Shown in pieces: positions 49,851-58,967 of a stretch of 64,000 nt of DNA. Made by a program: the position numbers and the translations under genes. Position 1 is the first letter of the stretch; every line of letters begins with the position of its first letter. Under the pieces are notes generated by a model. That model saw only the letters and a list, made by a program, of their open reading frames with translations, was not told where the DNA came from and did not search any database. Origin of the DNA: Fibrobacteria bacterium (GTDB lineage Bacteria; Fibrobacterota; Fibrobacteria; UBA11236); the NCBI GenBank assembly GCA_017881725.1, contig JADGQO010000076.1, forward strand, positions 6,190 through 70,189, in the 5' to 3' direction.

Positions 49851-51218
49851 ATGAATCCCGTTGCCGCCGAGCCGGTCGGTCATATCACTCCCTTGGAAAC
49901 GCCCCTGCGGCAAACTTGGCCGCGTCCGCATGGCAAAATGGCCTTGCCTGGAATCCTACGGTTCGTATCGTTATTTATCCTGGAGTTGATCGGCAATTTG
50001 CCGGGTTTTCTGAAGCTTGCCGTAGCAGGCCGCATCTTAGGCACACGCCGTCGCGGCGAACCAATGATCGCTTGCGTCGGAGACAACCTGGATGAAGTCA
50101 ACGGCATCGCGATTTCCTCGCGCATCATGTTGAAAAAATTGCGTGATCGGGGGCACAACGCCTATTTGTTCGGCGTCGCGTTCCATAGCAAGGAACCGCG
50201 TACCGAGGGGCCCGGCGGCGTCATCCTGGTTCCCGGGCGTTACTCCTTGGATCAGGCCGGCTACCCGCATAGCGAAGTCACGTTGATACGCTTAAAACAT
50301 TTCATCCGGTTCCTCCAAGACCATCCCGTCAATGTGGTGGAATTTCAAACCCCGGGTCCGGTTTCCTTCCTGTGTCTTTTGGCCGCCAAGGCCGCCGGGG
50401 TCGCGACCATCAGCCATTACCGCACCGACATTCTCACTTATTCGAAAATGCTTGTCACGAATCGGGCCGGGGTCTGGGCCATCAATACGTGGACGAGACT
50501 ATTCACGCTTTGGTCCGGTCCCGTCATCGTTCCCTCGCAAGCTTACGCCGAAAAGGTTTCCGAAATGGGCGTGTCGAGCAAACGGATTTTCAAGTTGCCC
50601 CGCGGCGTGGATTTCGATGATTTTCATCCTGACCATGCCGATCCGCAAACGTGGCGGGAATTGGGCCTTCCAGCTACCGGCGTCAAACTCTTGTACGTCG
50701 GCCGTATTTCCAAGGAAAAAAACCTGGATATTCTCGCTGATGCGATGCCGGAACTTTTGGCCGGTAACCCTGAGTTGTCCTTGACCCTGGTCGGCGAAGG
50801 GCCGTATCGGAAGGGACTGCAAGAACGGTTCGGGGACATGCCGCGCGTGCATTTCACCGGGGTACTGCAGGGACGAAAGCTGGCGGCCATATTCGCCGGC
50901 GCCGACATCATGGTCTTCCCCAGTTTGACCGACACGTTCGGCAACAGCGTGGTGGAAGCGCTCGCTTCCGGTATCCCTTGCATTACGTCCAACCAGGGCG
51001 GACCCCAGGAAATCATCGAAGACGGCCGCTGCGGTTTGATTTTCGATCACCGCGTGCCTGGAGATCTAACGGTAAAGATCAGTGCCTTGGTGTCTGACCC
51101 TACCCGTCTCGCCGATTTTAAATCCGCCGCGCGCCAACGCGCCCTCTTTTTCACCTATGACCGCGCCGCGCAGGCATTTTGGAGTTTCTACGCCCGCGCT
51201 TTGCGCGAAAATCTATAA
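49851..51218 (+). CDS. Glycosyltransferase family 4 (glycolipid synthase-like)
   Basis: DEVNGIA, TPGPV, RGVD..FHP, YVGRISKEKN, FPSLTDTFGNSVVEA. Confidence 0.85.
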   Translation: MNPVAAEPVGHITPLETPLRQTWPRPHGKMALPGILRFVSLFILELIGNLPGFLKLAVAGRILGTRRRGEPMIACVGDNLDEVNGIAISSRIMLKKLRDRGHNAYLFGVAFHSKEPRTEGPGGVILVPGRYSLDQAGYPHSEVTLIRLKHFIRFLQDHPVNVVEFQTPGPVSFLCLLAAKAAGVATISHYRTDILTYSKMLVTNRAGVWAINTWTRLFTLWSGPVIVPSQAYAEKVSEMGVSSKRIFKLPRGVDFDDFHPDHADPQTWRELGLPATGVKLLYVGRISKEKNLDILADAMPELLAGNPELSLTLVGEGPYRKGLQERFGDMPRVHFTGVLQGRKLAAIFAGADIMVFPSLTDTFGNSVVEALASGIPCITSNQGGPQEIIEDGRCGLIFDHRVPGDLTVKISALVSDPTRLADFKSAARQRALFFTYDRAAQAFWSFYARALRENL

Positions 51219-51242
51219 CCCATCGATTCGAAAGGAAAAACC

Positions 51243-51539
51243 ATGCTCGTTCATGCGGTATATTTCTGGCTCAAACCCGGGCTTAAGCCTGCGGACATCG
51301 CCAGCTTTGAAAAGTTTGCGAATGCCCTGACCTCAATCCCGTCGGTGCGCCAAGGCTGGGTCGGCAAGCCGGCGGCCACGAATCGCCCCATCATCGACAG
51401 CAGTTATTCCTACGCCTTAGTCGTGGTTTTCGACGACATGGCAGGACATGATGTCTATCAAGTGCACCCAATCCACGACGCGTTCCGGGAAAATTGCGAA
51501 AAATTTTGGAGCCAGGTCAAAATCTACGATTCGATTTAA
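51243..51539 (+). CDS. Dabb family stress-responsive A/B barrel protein
   Basis: H.VYFWLK, YQVHP.H, VKIYDS. Confidence 0.85.
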   Translation: MLVHAVYFWLKPGLKPADIASFEKFANALTSIPSVRQGWVGKPAATNRPIIDSSYSYALVVVFDDMAGHDVYQVHPIHDAFRENCEKFWSQVKIYDSI

Positions 51540-51660
51540 CTGAGGGCTGAAAAAGTCTCCGCTCAGCTTGGCGAGGCCCATGCGGACGCGTGCACAGCCC
51601 GGTTAAGGCCCCCTTCACCGACCGGTTGAGTGGGAACCGGGCAACTCAGCGAGGGGCAGC

Positions 51661-52374
51661 TCAGCTCAGCGCGGCGCAGGTGGCGAGGAAACCCGCTTCG
51701 GCGAATTCCGCCACGGCTCCCAAGGCTTGCACCGTAAGACCCTGGTTGCGGCCGTTTAAAAACCGAAATGCCGTTACGATAATCACAAAGTATTCGACGA
51801 CCAGGCCGCCCGCCACGCGCCAGGGAAACAAGGCCATGGACGCCAATAACAGGCCGGTGAATACCAGCGCACGAATTTGCCGCCGCTTGACGGCCAGGTC
51901 GGGTTTGGCATAGGAAAGTTCCATGCGATTGCGGCTGAAAATGATGCCTAGGCATTGCGAACTCCGGCCCAGAATCGGCGCGATGAGCACGGCGAAGGAT
52001 TGCCATTCCCCGCGCATATGCGCCAGGCTGGCTACTTTTACGAGCAGCAACAAGCCGACCGCCACGGCGCCTTTCCAACCGTAATCGGTTTTGGAAGCGA
52101 AACCCGATCCCGGAAAAGTCCTGCGCCCGTCCCAAAGTTCCGCGAAGGCGCGCAAATGGATGCCTCCGGTCATGGCCTCCAACACGCCAATGGTCGCGAT
52201 GCAAGCCAGGAATTGCGGTAGAATCGTTTTGAACGCCAGCAGTGACAGCACCAGAATGCTGCCCATAACCGCGCCGACCAACGGAAAGAAATGCACCGAG
52301 CGGTTGAGCGGCAAATCCTTTTTGAAGGGGATAGGCAGTACGGTCAAATAACTGAGGGCATTCCGCAAACTCAT
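51661..52374 (-). CDS. CobS-like membrane protein (cobalamin synthase family) with degenerate motifs
   Basis: LSYLTVLP, FFPLVG, TGGIH..DG, LGA..E; conserved Asp residues are absent. Confidence 0.65.
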   Translation of the reverse strand: MSLRNALSYLTVLPIPFKKDLPLNRSVHFFPLVGAVMGSILVLSLLAFKTILPQFLACIATIGVLEAMTGGIHLRAFAELWDGRRTFPGSGFASKTDYGWKGAVAVGLLLLVKVASLAHMRGEWQSFAVLIAPILGRSSQCLGIIFSRNRMELSYAKPDLAVKRRQIRALVFTGLLLASMALFPWRVAGGLVVEYFVIIVTAFRFLNGRNQGLTVQALGAVAEFAEAGFLATCAALS

Positions 52375-54839
52375 TCAGGAATTCCGAGAAAATCAAAATC
52401 GACCTGTCCGGTGAATGGGTCCGCCCGTTCCAAGCGCACGTGTAATTTATCACCTAATTGGAAGCGGCGACGCGTCCGCTTGCCGACCATGTGCCCGGTC
52501 TCTTCATCCTTTTCGTAATAATCGTCACGCAACCGATAAATTGGAATCATGCCTTCGCCATAGGGATTCTGGATGGAAACGAAAATGCCGAAATTCTCCA
52601 TGCCGCTGATTTCGCCGATGAAGGCGTCTCCGACATAACCTTTCAGCACCCAGGCCGTGGCGGTTTTCAAGCCCTTGCGCTCCACTTTCATCACGGCGAT
52701 TTCCCGTTCGGAAATGCGTTCGGCCACGTCGTAGGCTTGCGCCTTTTGAGCCTTAGGAATCTTCTCGCCGCGCACGAACGCCTTGATCACGCGATGCGTC
52801 CAAAGATCCGCATAGCGGCGGATGGGTGATGTGAAATGGGCATAATGCAACCAGCCTAAGGCGAAATGGCCCTGGGCCTCCGGCGAGTACTGCGCCTTTT
52901 TCATGCTTTGCAGGATTTTCCGCTGGACGGCCACGGGCAAGGCTCCGCCTTCTTGGCTGAGCAGGCGGATGAAGAATTGCTGGATGGCCGGATTCAAATT
53001 GGTCTTGGTCTGATTCAATTCCTTGAAGGCGTCCACCATGCCCTTGTCGCGGTGGATGAGGCCTTGCGAGGCCCACAACTCGGAAACCACGTCCAAGTCC
53101 GGCTGTTCATGCACGCGGAACAACCCGGGAAGCTTATGCTTGGTAAGGAATTTCGCGGTGGCCTGATTGGCCAAAAGCATGCATTCCTCGATCCAGGAAT
53201 GCGACGGCAAACGAGTCCCTGGATAAATGCGCACAGGCACTCCGTCGTCGAGCTCCACCTTGGGCTCGGGAAATTGGAAATCGATGAACCCATCGTCGCG
53301 GCGGCGTTTCAGGAGCACAGTGGTGAATTCATCCAGCAATGTAAGGAATGGATCCCCTTCCTGTTTGGCGCCTTGCGCTTCCTCATAGGAATAAAAGCGT
53401 TGGACTTTGATAAAGGTTTCGACGAAATCGAAAGACCTGAGCTCACCGTCGGCGGTCACGTCCATCATGCAGGAAAAGGCCAGGCGTTCCCGCCCTTCCA
53501 AAAGACTGCAAAGGTCGGAGGATAGGCGCTGCGGCAACATGGGCACGGCCGTCCAGGGCAAATACTGCGTAAAAGCGCGTGCGACGGCTTCGTGATCCAG
53601 AGCGCTGTCATCGGTAACGTACTCGGACACATCGGCGATATGCACGCCCAGCCGCCAAGTCCCGTTCGCAAGGCGTTCCAAGGAAATCGCGTCGTCATGA
53701 TCCTTGGCCGTGGAAGGGTCGATGGTGATAATCGGAATGGCGCGTAAATCCCGTCGATCAGGATAGTTTTCGAGTACCGGCTCCGGGAATTCTCCCGCTT
53801 CGGCCATGCCGTCGCGGGGATAGCCGTAAGGCAATCCATATTCGCGGAAAAAAGATTTGGAGACCTCGGTGAAAGGCGTTTCCTCTCCCAAGGTGGAAAC
53901 GATAACGCCGATTCGCTCGCTGCCATCTTCCTCGGTAATCCGAGCGATGACCAAATCTCCGGGCCTGGCCTTACCCAAATGCTTGCGGGGAATCAAAACC
54001 AGACCCTCTTCGGGAGCCCCAGCCTCGGCGCCCGGGAATCCGCGTTTCCCGAACCGTTCCTTTTTGCCTTCCCGACCGCGCGCGGGACCGCGACCACGAT
54101 CTTTCTCACGACCGCGCCGCTGTTCGCGATTTCCCCAGCGCGATTCTTCTTGCCCCGCGCGGTCACCGGCGCTCCGGGCCCGCAACGGCACTACGAAATG
54201 GAATCCGCCTTGCCGAATTAATTTGCCTTTGACTAAACCGGCCTCACCGGCGACGGAATCTTCGGGGTTTTTTTTGGCGGCCGCGTTCCTATCCGTAAGA
54301 CTGGAATCCGTAACATTGAAGTTACCCTGAGCCTGAGCCGGAGCCGTAGCGCCGGGACGTTTTCCTCTAACGCCATCAGGAATCGGCTTGGACACTTTTC
54401 GGCCCGGAAACGTCGTGGGCCGGGCAACTGCGGGCGAATCACCGGCATCCAGCCGCCCCGAAATCAGGGCAGGCGCCGCAGCGGGGACTTTTTCCGGAGT
54501 TCCGCTCGGGGCCGCGGAGTGCTTACCGGCTTGCTTCGCCCGAATGCGTGCCAAATCCTCTTCGGTTTCGGCGATGAACTTATTTCCCTTGACCTTGCGG
54601 AGGAACCCCTCGCCCACCAGGGACTTGACCATATGCTTGATGTCACGTTCTTCCTCGCGAGACAGCGAGAAGGCCTTTTGCAATACCGGCAAACTCGAGG
54701 GATGCCGACCTTGGGATCGGATAAACTCCAGCAGCGCCGAACGCTCCGGCAACCCGGAAATATTCCTGGGCGCGACCGGTTTTTTTACTTTGCCTTTTTC
54801 CTGGTTTTTTTCCTTGCCTGTTTCATTGCCTTTACCCAT
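52371..54839 (-). CDS. rnr: Ribonuclease R
   Basis: TIDP.TAKDHDDA, VHIADV, IEECMLLAN, HFTSPIRRYADL, C-terminal S1 domain. Confidence 0.9.
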   Translation of the reverse strand: MGKGNETGKEKNQEKGKVKKPVAPRNISGLPERSALLEFIRSQGRHPSSLPVLQKAFSLSREEERDIKHMVKSLVGEGFLRKVKGNKFIAETEEDLARIRAKQAGKHSAAPSGTPEKVPAAAPALISGRLDAGDSPAVARPTTFPGRKVSKPIPDGVRGKRPGATAPAQAQGNFNVTDSSLTDRNAAAKKNPEDSVAGEAGLVKGKLIRQGGFHFVVPLRARSAGDRAGQEESRWGNREQRRGREKDRGRGPARGREGKKERFGKRGFPGAEAGAPEEGLVLIPRKHLGKARPGDLVIARITEEDGSERIGVIVSTLGEETPFTEVSKSFFREYGLPYGYPRDGMAEAGEFPEPVLENYPDRRDLRAIPIITIDPSTAKDHDDAISLERLANGTWRLGVHIADVSEYVTDDSALDHEAVARAFTQYLPWTAVPMLPQRLSSDLCSLLEGRERLAFSCMMDVTADGELRSFDFVETFIKVQRFYSYEEAQGAKQEGDPFLTLLDEFTTVLLKRRRDDGFIDFQFPEPKVELDDGVPVRIYPGTRLPSHSWIEECMLLANQATAKFLTKHKLPGLFRVHEQPDLDVVSELWASQGLIHRDKGMVDAFKELNQTKTNLNPAIQQFFIRLLSQEGGALPVAVQRKILQSMKKAQYSPEAQGHFALGWLHYAHFTSPIRRYADLWTHRVIKAFVRGEKIPKAQKAQAYDVAERISEREIAVMKVERKGLKTATAWVLKGYVGDAFIGEISGMENFGIFVSIQNPYGEGMIPIYRLRDDYYEKDEETGHMVGKRTRRRFQLGDKLHVRLERADPFTGQVDFDFLGIPE

Positions 54840-54878
54840 GGAATCCTCCCGAAGCGGATAAACCGGGCACGGCGGAAA

Positions 54879-55217
54879 TCAACGCACGCCCGCTTTGGCG
54901 CGTTCGTATTTCAAAATCGGATCGCATTTTCCCGGGAACTTGACCGTGATTTTGTCCGTGCATCCCGTGGGACTCAGGTTCGGGCAGGTTTGGCAGACCT
55001 TTGCGAACCAATCCTCGGAAATGCCGGGAGGCGGCTGATTGGCCTTATTGCGGCCGCCCGTCCCCGCATCTTCCAAATGATCCAGTTTGGAGATGATGCC
55101 TTTCGCGACGCCGACCAATTGCTGCACGGATGCCGGTGGCAATTGCATACTGGCTTGCTGCAAATACAATTGCAAGGCCTGGGCGACTAAATCCTTTTCT
55201 TCTTCCGACAATGCCAT
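54879..55217 (-). CDS. Hypothetical protein with C-terminal four-Cys motif
   Basis: CQTC...GC...GKC; helical N-terminus; co-oriented upstream of rnr. Confidence 0.7.
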   Translation of the reverse strand: MALSEEEKDLVAQALQLYLQQASMQLPPASVQQLVGVAKGIISKLDHLEDAGTGGRNKANQPPPGISEDWFAKVCQTCPNLSPTGCTDKITVKFPGKCDPILKYERAKAGVR

Positions 55218-55323
55218 GTTTCATCCCCGAGAATACCGGACCAATAATGAACCCGGTCGAGACCCATGCAAGGTAGAAAAAGAGCCCGCCGGACGGGAAG
55301 CTGTAGTGGTTCCGGAGCGTGTC

Positions 55324-57561
55324 TCAACGCGTCGTTTCGCGCGACAAAGCCTCGCGGACCTTAGCCGCCAGGGCCGCCATGTCGAAGGGCTTTGCGATCA
55401 GGAATGCGTTGGGTCGGGACATGACCGAGGATAAATCGTATTGATGTTGCCGCCCGGTGCAGAACAGGATCTTCAGATCCGGTTTGACGCGCCAGAGTAC
55501 ATCGGCCGTATCCAGGCCGTTCATCACCGGCATATCCACGTCCAGGACCACGAGGTCGAAATGCAATCCGCTTTCGAGGATTCGTACCGCGGAAATTCCG
55601 TCCGCCGCCGTGGCGGGCGTATATCCGAGTTCGCCCAGGATGCGCGCCGCCGTTCGCCGCATGACTTCGTCGTCGTCCACCAACAGCACCTCGCCGGACC
55701 CGGTCGGCGCTCCCGGCGGGGCAACCGGTTCCTGACCCTGGATTTTGGTTGAGGTCAGGAAATAAAGTCGGAAACTGGTTCCCGTTTTCGAATCGCTGTC
55801 CACCTCGACGTAACCCTTGTGATGCTTCATGATCGAATCGACGATGGTCAGGCCCAGGCCGGATCCGTTCTCGCGCTTAGTCGTAAAAAACGGCTCGAAA
55901 ATTTGATCCAATTGCGCCAGGGGAATTCCTTCCCCGGTATCCCGGATGGAAAGTATGACCAGATCTTTTTCCCGGCAGGTGGCATGCCGCGCGGTGAAGG
56001 CGGGATCCACGGTAAAGGGCGCGACGCTTAAAGTCAGGCGACCGCCGGCCTTCATGGCATCGCGGGCGTTTACGCAAATATTCAGCACGGCCTGTTCCAA
56101 TTGAGAACGGTCGGCCAGGATCCAGGTTTCCGACTTGGGTAACTTAGCAGTTACGTGGATGCGGCTTTCGAAGGAATGCTGGCACAGGGATACCAGGTTG
56201 TTCACCACCGCGTTCAACTCCATCGGCTCCATGGCGATTTCCGCCCGGCGCGAAAGGGCCAACAGCCGCTTGACCATCTCTTGGGCCCGGGCGGCGCAGC
56301 CTTCCAGCACCTCCAAATCGTCCAGCAATACCTGGATGTCCGCTTTACCGTCGCGGAGCCTGTGTTTCATCAGCGAAGAGGTTCCCACCATGCCGCCCAG
56401 CACATTGTTGAATTCATGCGCCAGCCCGCCGGCCAAGGTGCCCACGGTTTCCATGCGCTGGGAATGGAAAAGTTGGTTGTTCAACTCGACCGTGCGGGTC
56501 ACGTCGTCGATGCGCATGGCCACTTCCCCGCGGTCGCGGCTGAACATGGTGAACAAGTTCGCGCGGTAATACACCACGCTGCCGTCCTTGCGCTTAAACG
56601 GCCGGGGTTCGAAATCCAACCCCGTGCCGGCCTCCACCTGCAACACGTTTTTCAAGGCCTGCGAGATGAAGCGGTACTCCGGCACCAGATCCCAGAACAC
56701 GTTGCCTTGCGCCTCCTCTTCGGAGATGCCGAAAAACTCCATGGCCTTGCCGTTCCAAGTGGTCACCGTGCCCAACAAATCCATTCCGATGATGGCCGAG
56801 GGCATGGATTCGATGAGCGAGCCCAATTGGTCCTTCAAGTCCCGGATATGATCGGAGAGCTGGGTCTGGTCCAGCAAGGACGTGGCGTAGCGGCACATGT
56901 TCTGGAAAAGATCCTTCTGCTGGCGCGTCCAACCTTGATCGCTGTTGATGCGCTGGACGCAGAACAAGCTGGTCCCGCCGAGCGTGGTTTCGATTGGGAA
57001 GGCCATGGCAGCGCGGCAATCCACGCGGCTGGCCAAATCGAATTCATCCTCCAAAGCGGCGCGGAATTCTTCCTCCAAGGTGTTGAATTCGGCATCGGGC
57101 ACGATGGATATGGGTTCATCCCATTCGTTCGTCGTAGGCGCGCCGGGATGCTTCTTGGCCTTCTGCAGAAAATGCACGAACGGTGCGGGCGGCGAGGTAT
57201 CCACGAAATACGGCAGCGGCAAGCGTTTGATGCCCCGGTCCACGGCTTCGTGCGAAACAGCCCAGGTGGACTTGGGTCCGTCGCCAACCAGGATATAGGA
57301 GACGCGGTCGGCCTTGAGCTCAATGAGCAATTCCTCGACGATCACGTCCATCAAGGTGTCGTCGTCCAGGCGCATGGTGATACGCTGCACGAAATCCATC
57401 AGGCGTTTTTGGTTGGAGAAGTAGAGGGAGTGTTCCAGGTCCGCGATTTCCAATTTGGAAAACACGTCCATCAGGGTTTGCAATTGCTTGGTGAGGCGCT
57501 GATTTTGGGCTTCCAGCTCGCGGCAACGTTCTTCGATGTCTTGATCCAATCGGCTCGACAT
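55324..57561 (-). CDS. GAF-PAS hybrid sensor histidine kinase with receiver
   Basis: GAF (LKADRV), PAS, AHEFNN H-box, GSGLGL, receiver DLVVLDVDMP; GGAGG RBS. Confidence 0.88.
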   Translation of the reverse strand: MSSRLDQDIEERCRELEAQNQRLTKQLQTLMDVFSKLEIADLEHSLYFSNQKRLMDFVQRITMRLDDDTLMDVIVEELLIELKADRVSYILVGDGPKSTWAVSHEAVDRGIKRLPLPYFVDTSPPAPFVHFLQKAKKHPGAPTTNEWDEPISIVPDAEFNTLEEEFRAALEDEFDLASRVDCRAAMAFPIETTLGGTSLFCVQRINSDQGWTRQQKDLFQNMCRYATSLLDQTQLSDHIRDLKDQLGSLIESMPSAIIGMDLLGTVTTWNGKAMEFFGISEEEAQGNVFWDLVPEYRFISQALKNVLQVEAGTGLDFEPRPFKRKDGSVVYYRANLFTMFSRDRGEVAMRIDDVTRTVELNNQLFHSQRMETVGTLAGGLAHEFNNVLGGMVGTSSLMKHRLRDGKADIQVLLDDLEVLEGCAARAQEMVKRLLALSRRAEIAMEPMELNAVVNNLVSLCQHSFESRIHVTAKLPKSETWILADRSQLEQAVLNICVNARDAMKAGGRLTLSVAPFTVDPAFTARHATCREKDLVILSIRDTGEGIPLAQLDQIFEPFFTTKRENGSGLGLTIVDSIMKHHKGYVEVDSDSKTGTSFRLYFLTSTKIQGQEPVAPPGAPTGSGEVLLVDDDEVMRRTAARILGELGYTPATAADGISAVRILESGLHFDLVVLDVDMPVMNGLDTADVLWRVKPDLKILFCTGRQHQYDLSSVMSRPNAFLIAKPFDMAALAAKVREALSRETTR

Positions 57562-57734
57562 GCGCAAACCCCCTCCGTGCAAACGTAAAAAAGCCCGTAG
57601 CGATTGACGATTTTACCCTGCCCCTTTCTTAAAATTCCTAATTTTCTGCGGAATGTACCGGCATTACCATGCCTCGGTACCGGCTTTAGCAGGCCTCGAA
57701 AAACACCCGGGCGGGAGGAATTCGGTTCGCGAAC

Positions 57735-58967
57735 ATGAAGATTACCTTGCTTTCCAACGAGTTTCCACCTCATGTTTACGGCGGCGCCGGAGTTCATGTC
57801 GAATACCTCTCCCAAGCCCTGGCCCATTTGCCCGGATTGGATAACACCGTGGATGTGTTGTGCTTCGGCGATCAACGGTTGCACGATGGACCTTTGACGG
57901 CAACGGGATTGAAACCTGATTTTTCCTTGCCGAGCCAGAACCAAAAATTCGCTAAGTTGATGGATACGCTGGCGCGGAACGTGATGATGTCCGGAACCGT
58001 GCAGACGACGGACATCGTGCATTGTCACACCTGGTATTCGCATTTCGCCGGATGCCTGGTGCAAAAACTGTTTGGCGTGCCGCTGGTCCTGACCACGCAT
58101 TCCCTGGAGCCGCACCGGCCTTGGAAGGTGGAACAGTTGGGCAACGCCTATCATGTTTCCACGTGGTTGGAACGCACCGCCTATCAAAACGCGGACGGCG
58201 TCGTCGCCGTGTCGGAGTCCATGCGCCGCGACGTGCAATCACTGTACGGAGTGGCTCCGGAAAAAATCCGGGTCATTCCCAACGGGATCGATCCGGAGGA
58301 ATACCATCCCACTCCCGACGATGCCCTGCTCGGCGCCTATGGCATCGATCCCGCCTTGCCCTTCGTGCTTTTCGTCGGTCGCATCACGCGGCAAAAAGGC
58401 GTCCTGCATTTGATCAATGCCATCCGGCATTTGCGCCCCGGGACCCAAGTGGTGCTTTGCGCCGGCGCGCCCGACACCCCGGAAATCGGAGCGGAAATGC
58501 GCCTCAAGGTGGAGCAGGCCCGCAAGGACTCGTCCCACCCGATTATCTGGATTCCGCAAATGCTTCCGAAACGGGAAATCATCTCGTTGTATACCCATGC
58601 GTCGGTATTCATCTGCCCGTCGGTTTACGAACCCTTCGGCATCATCAACCTGGAGTCCATGGCGTGCGAAACGCCGGTGGTCGCCTCCCAGGTGGGCGGA
58701 ATTCCCGAAGTGGTGGTCCCGGGGGAAACCGGAATATTGGTTCCCTTCGCGCCCCAAGGACCGGAGAATTTCGAACCCAAGGATCCGGAAGCCTTCAGCC
58801 GAAACCTGGCCGCAGCCGCGAATTCCCTGCTCGACAATCCGGATTTGCGACTGAGGATGGCGAAAAACGCCCGCCGCCGCGTCGAAGATCATTTCGCCTG
58901 GGCCCAAGTGGCCAAACGCACGCATCAATTTTATCAGGAGCTTATCCAAACCCATGCCCGCCCCTAA
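57735..58967 (+). CDS. glgM: Actinobacterial-type GlgA / GlgM alpha-maltose-1-phosphate synthase
   Basis: EFPPHVYGGAGVHV, HCHTWY, HSLEPHRPWK, GRITRQKG, AGAPDTPE, YEPFGIINLE. Confidence 0.85.
   Translation: MKITLLSNEFPPHVYGGAGVHVEYLSQALAHLPGLDNTVDVLCFGDQRLHDGPLTATGLKPDFSLPSQNQKFAKLMDTLARNVMMSGTVQTTDIVHCHTWYSHFAGCLVQKLFGVPLVLTTHSLEPHRPWKVEQLGNAYHVSTWLERTAYQNADGVVAVSESMRRDVQSLYGVAPEKIRVIPNGIDPEEYHPTPDDALLGAYGIDPALPFVLFVGRITRQKGVLHLINAIRHLRPGTQVVLCAGAPDTPEIGAEMRLKVEQARKDSSHPIIWIPQMLPKREIISLYTHASVFICPSVYEPFGIINLESMACETPVVASQVGGIPEVVVPGETGILVPFAPQGPENFEPKDPEAFSRNLAAAANSLLDNPDLRLRMAKNARRRVEDHFAWAQVAKRTHQFYQELIQTHARP

Noticed and set aside
56155-57588. 477-aa plus-strand ORF
   Set aside because: Antisense to the hybrid kinase; no domain signature
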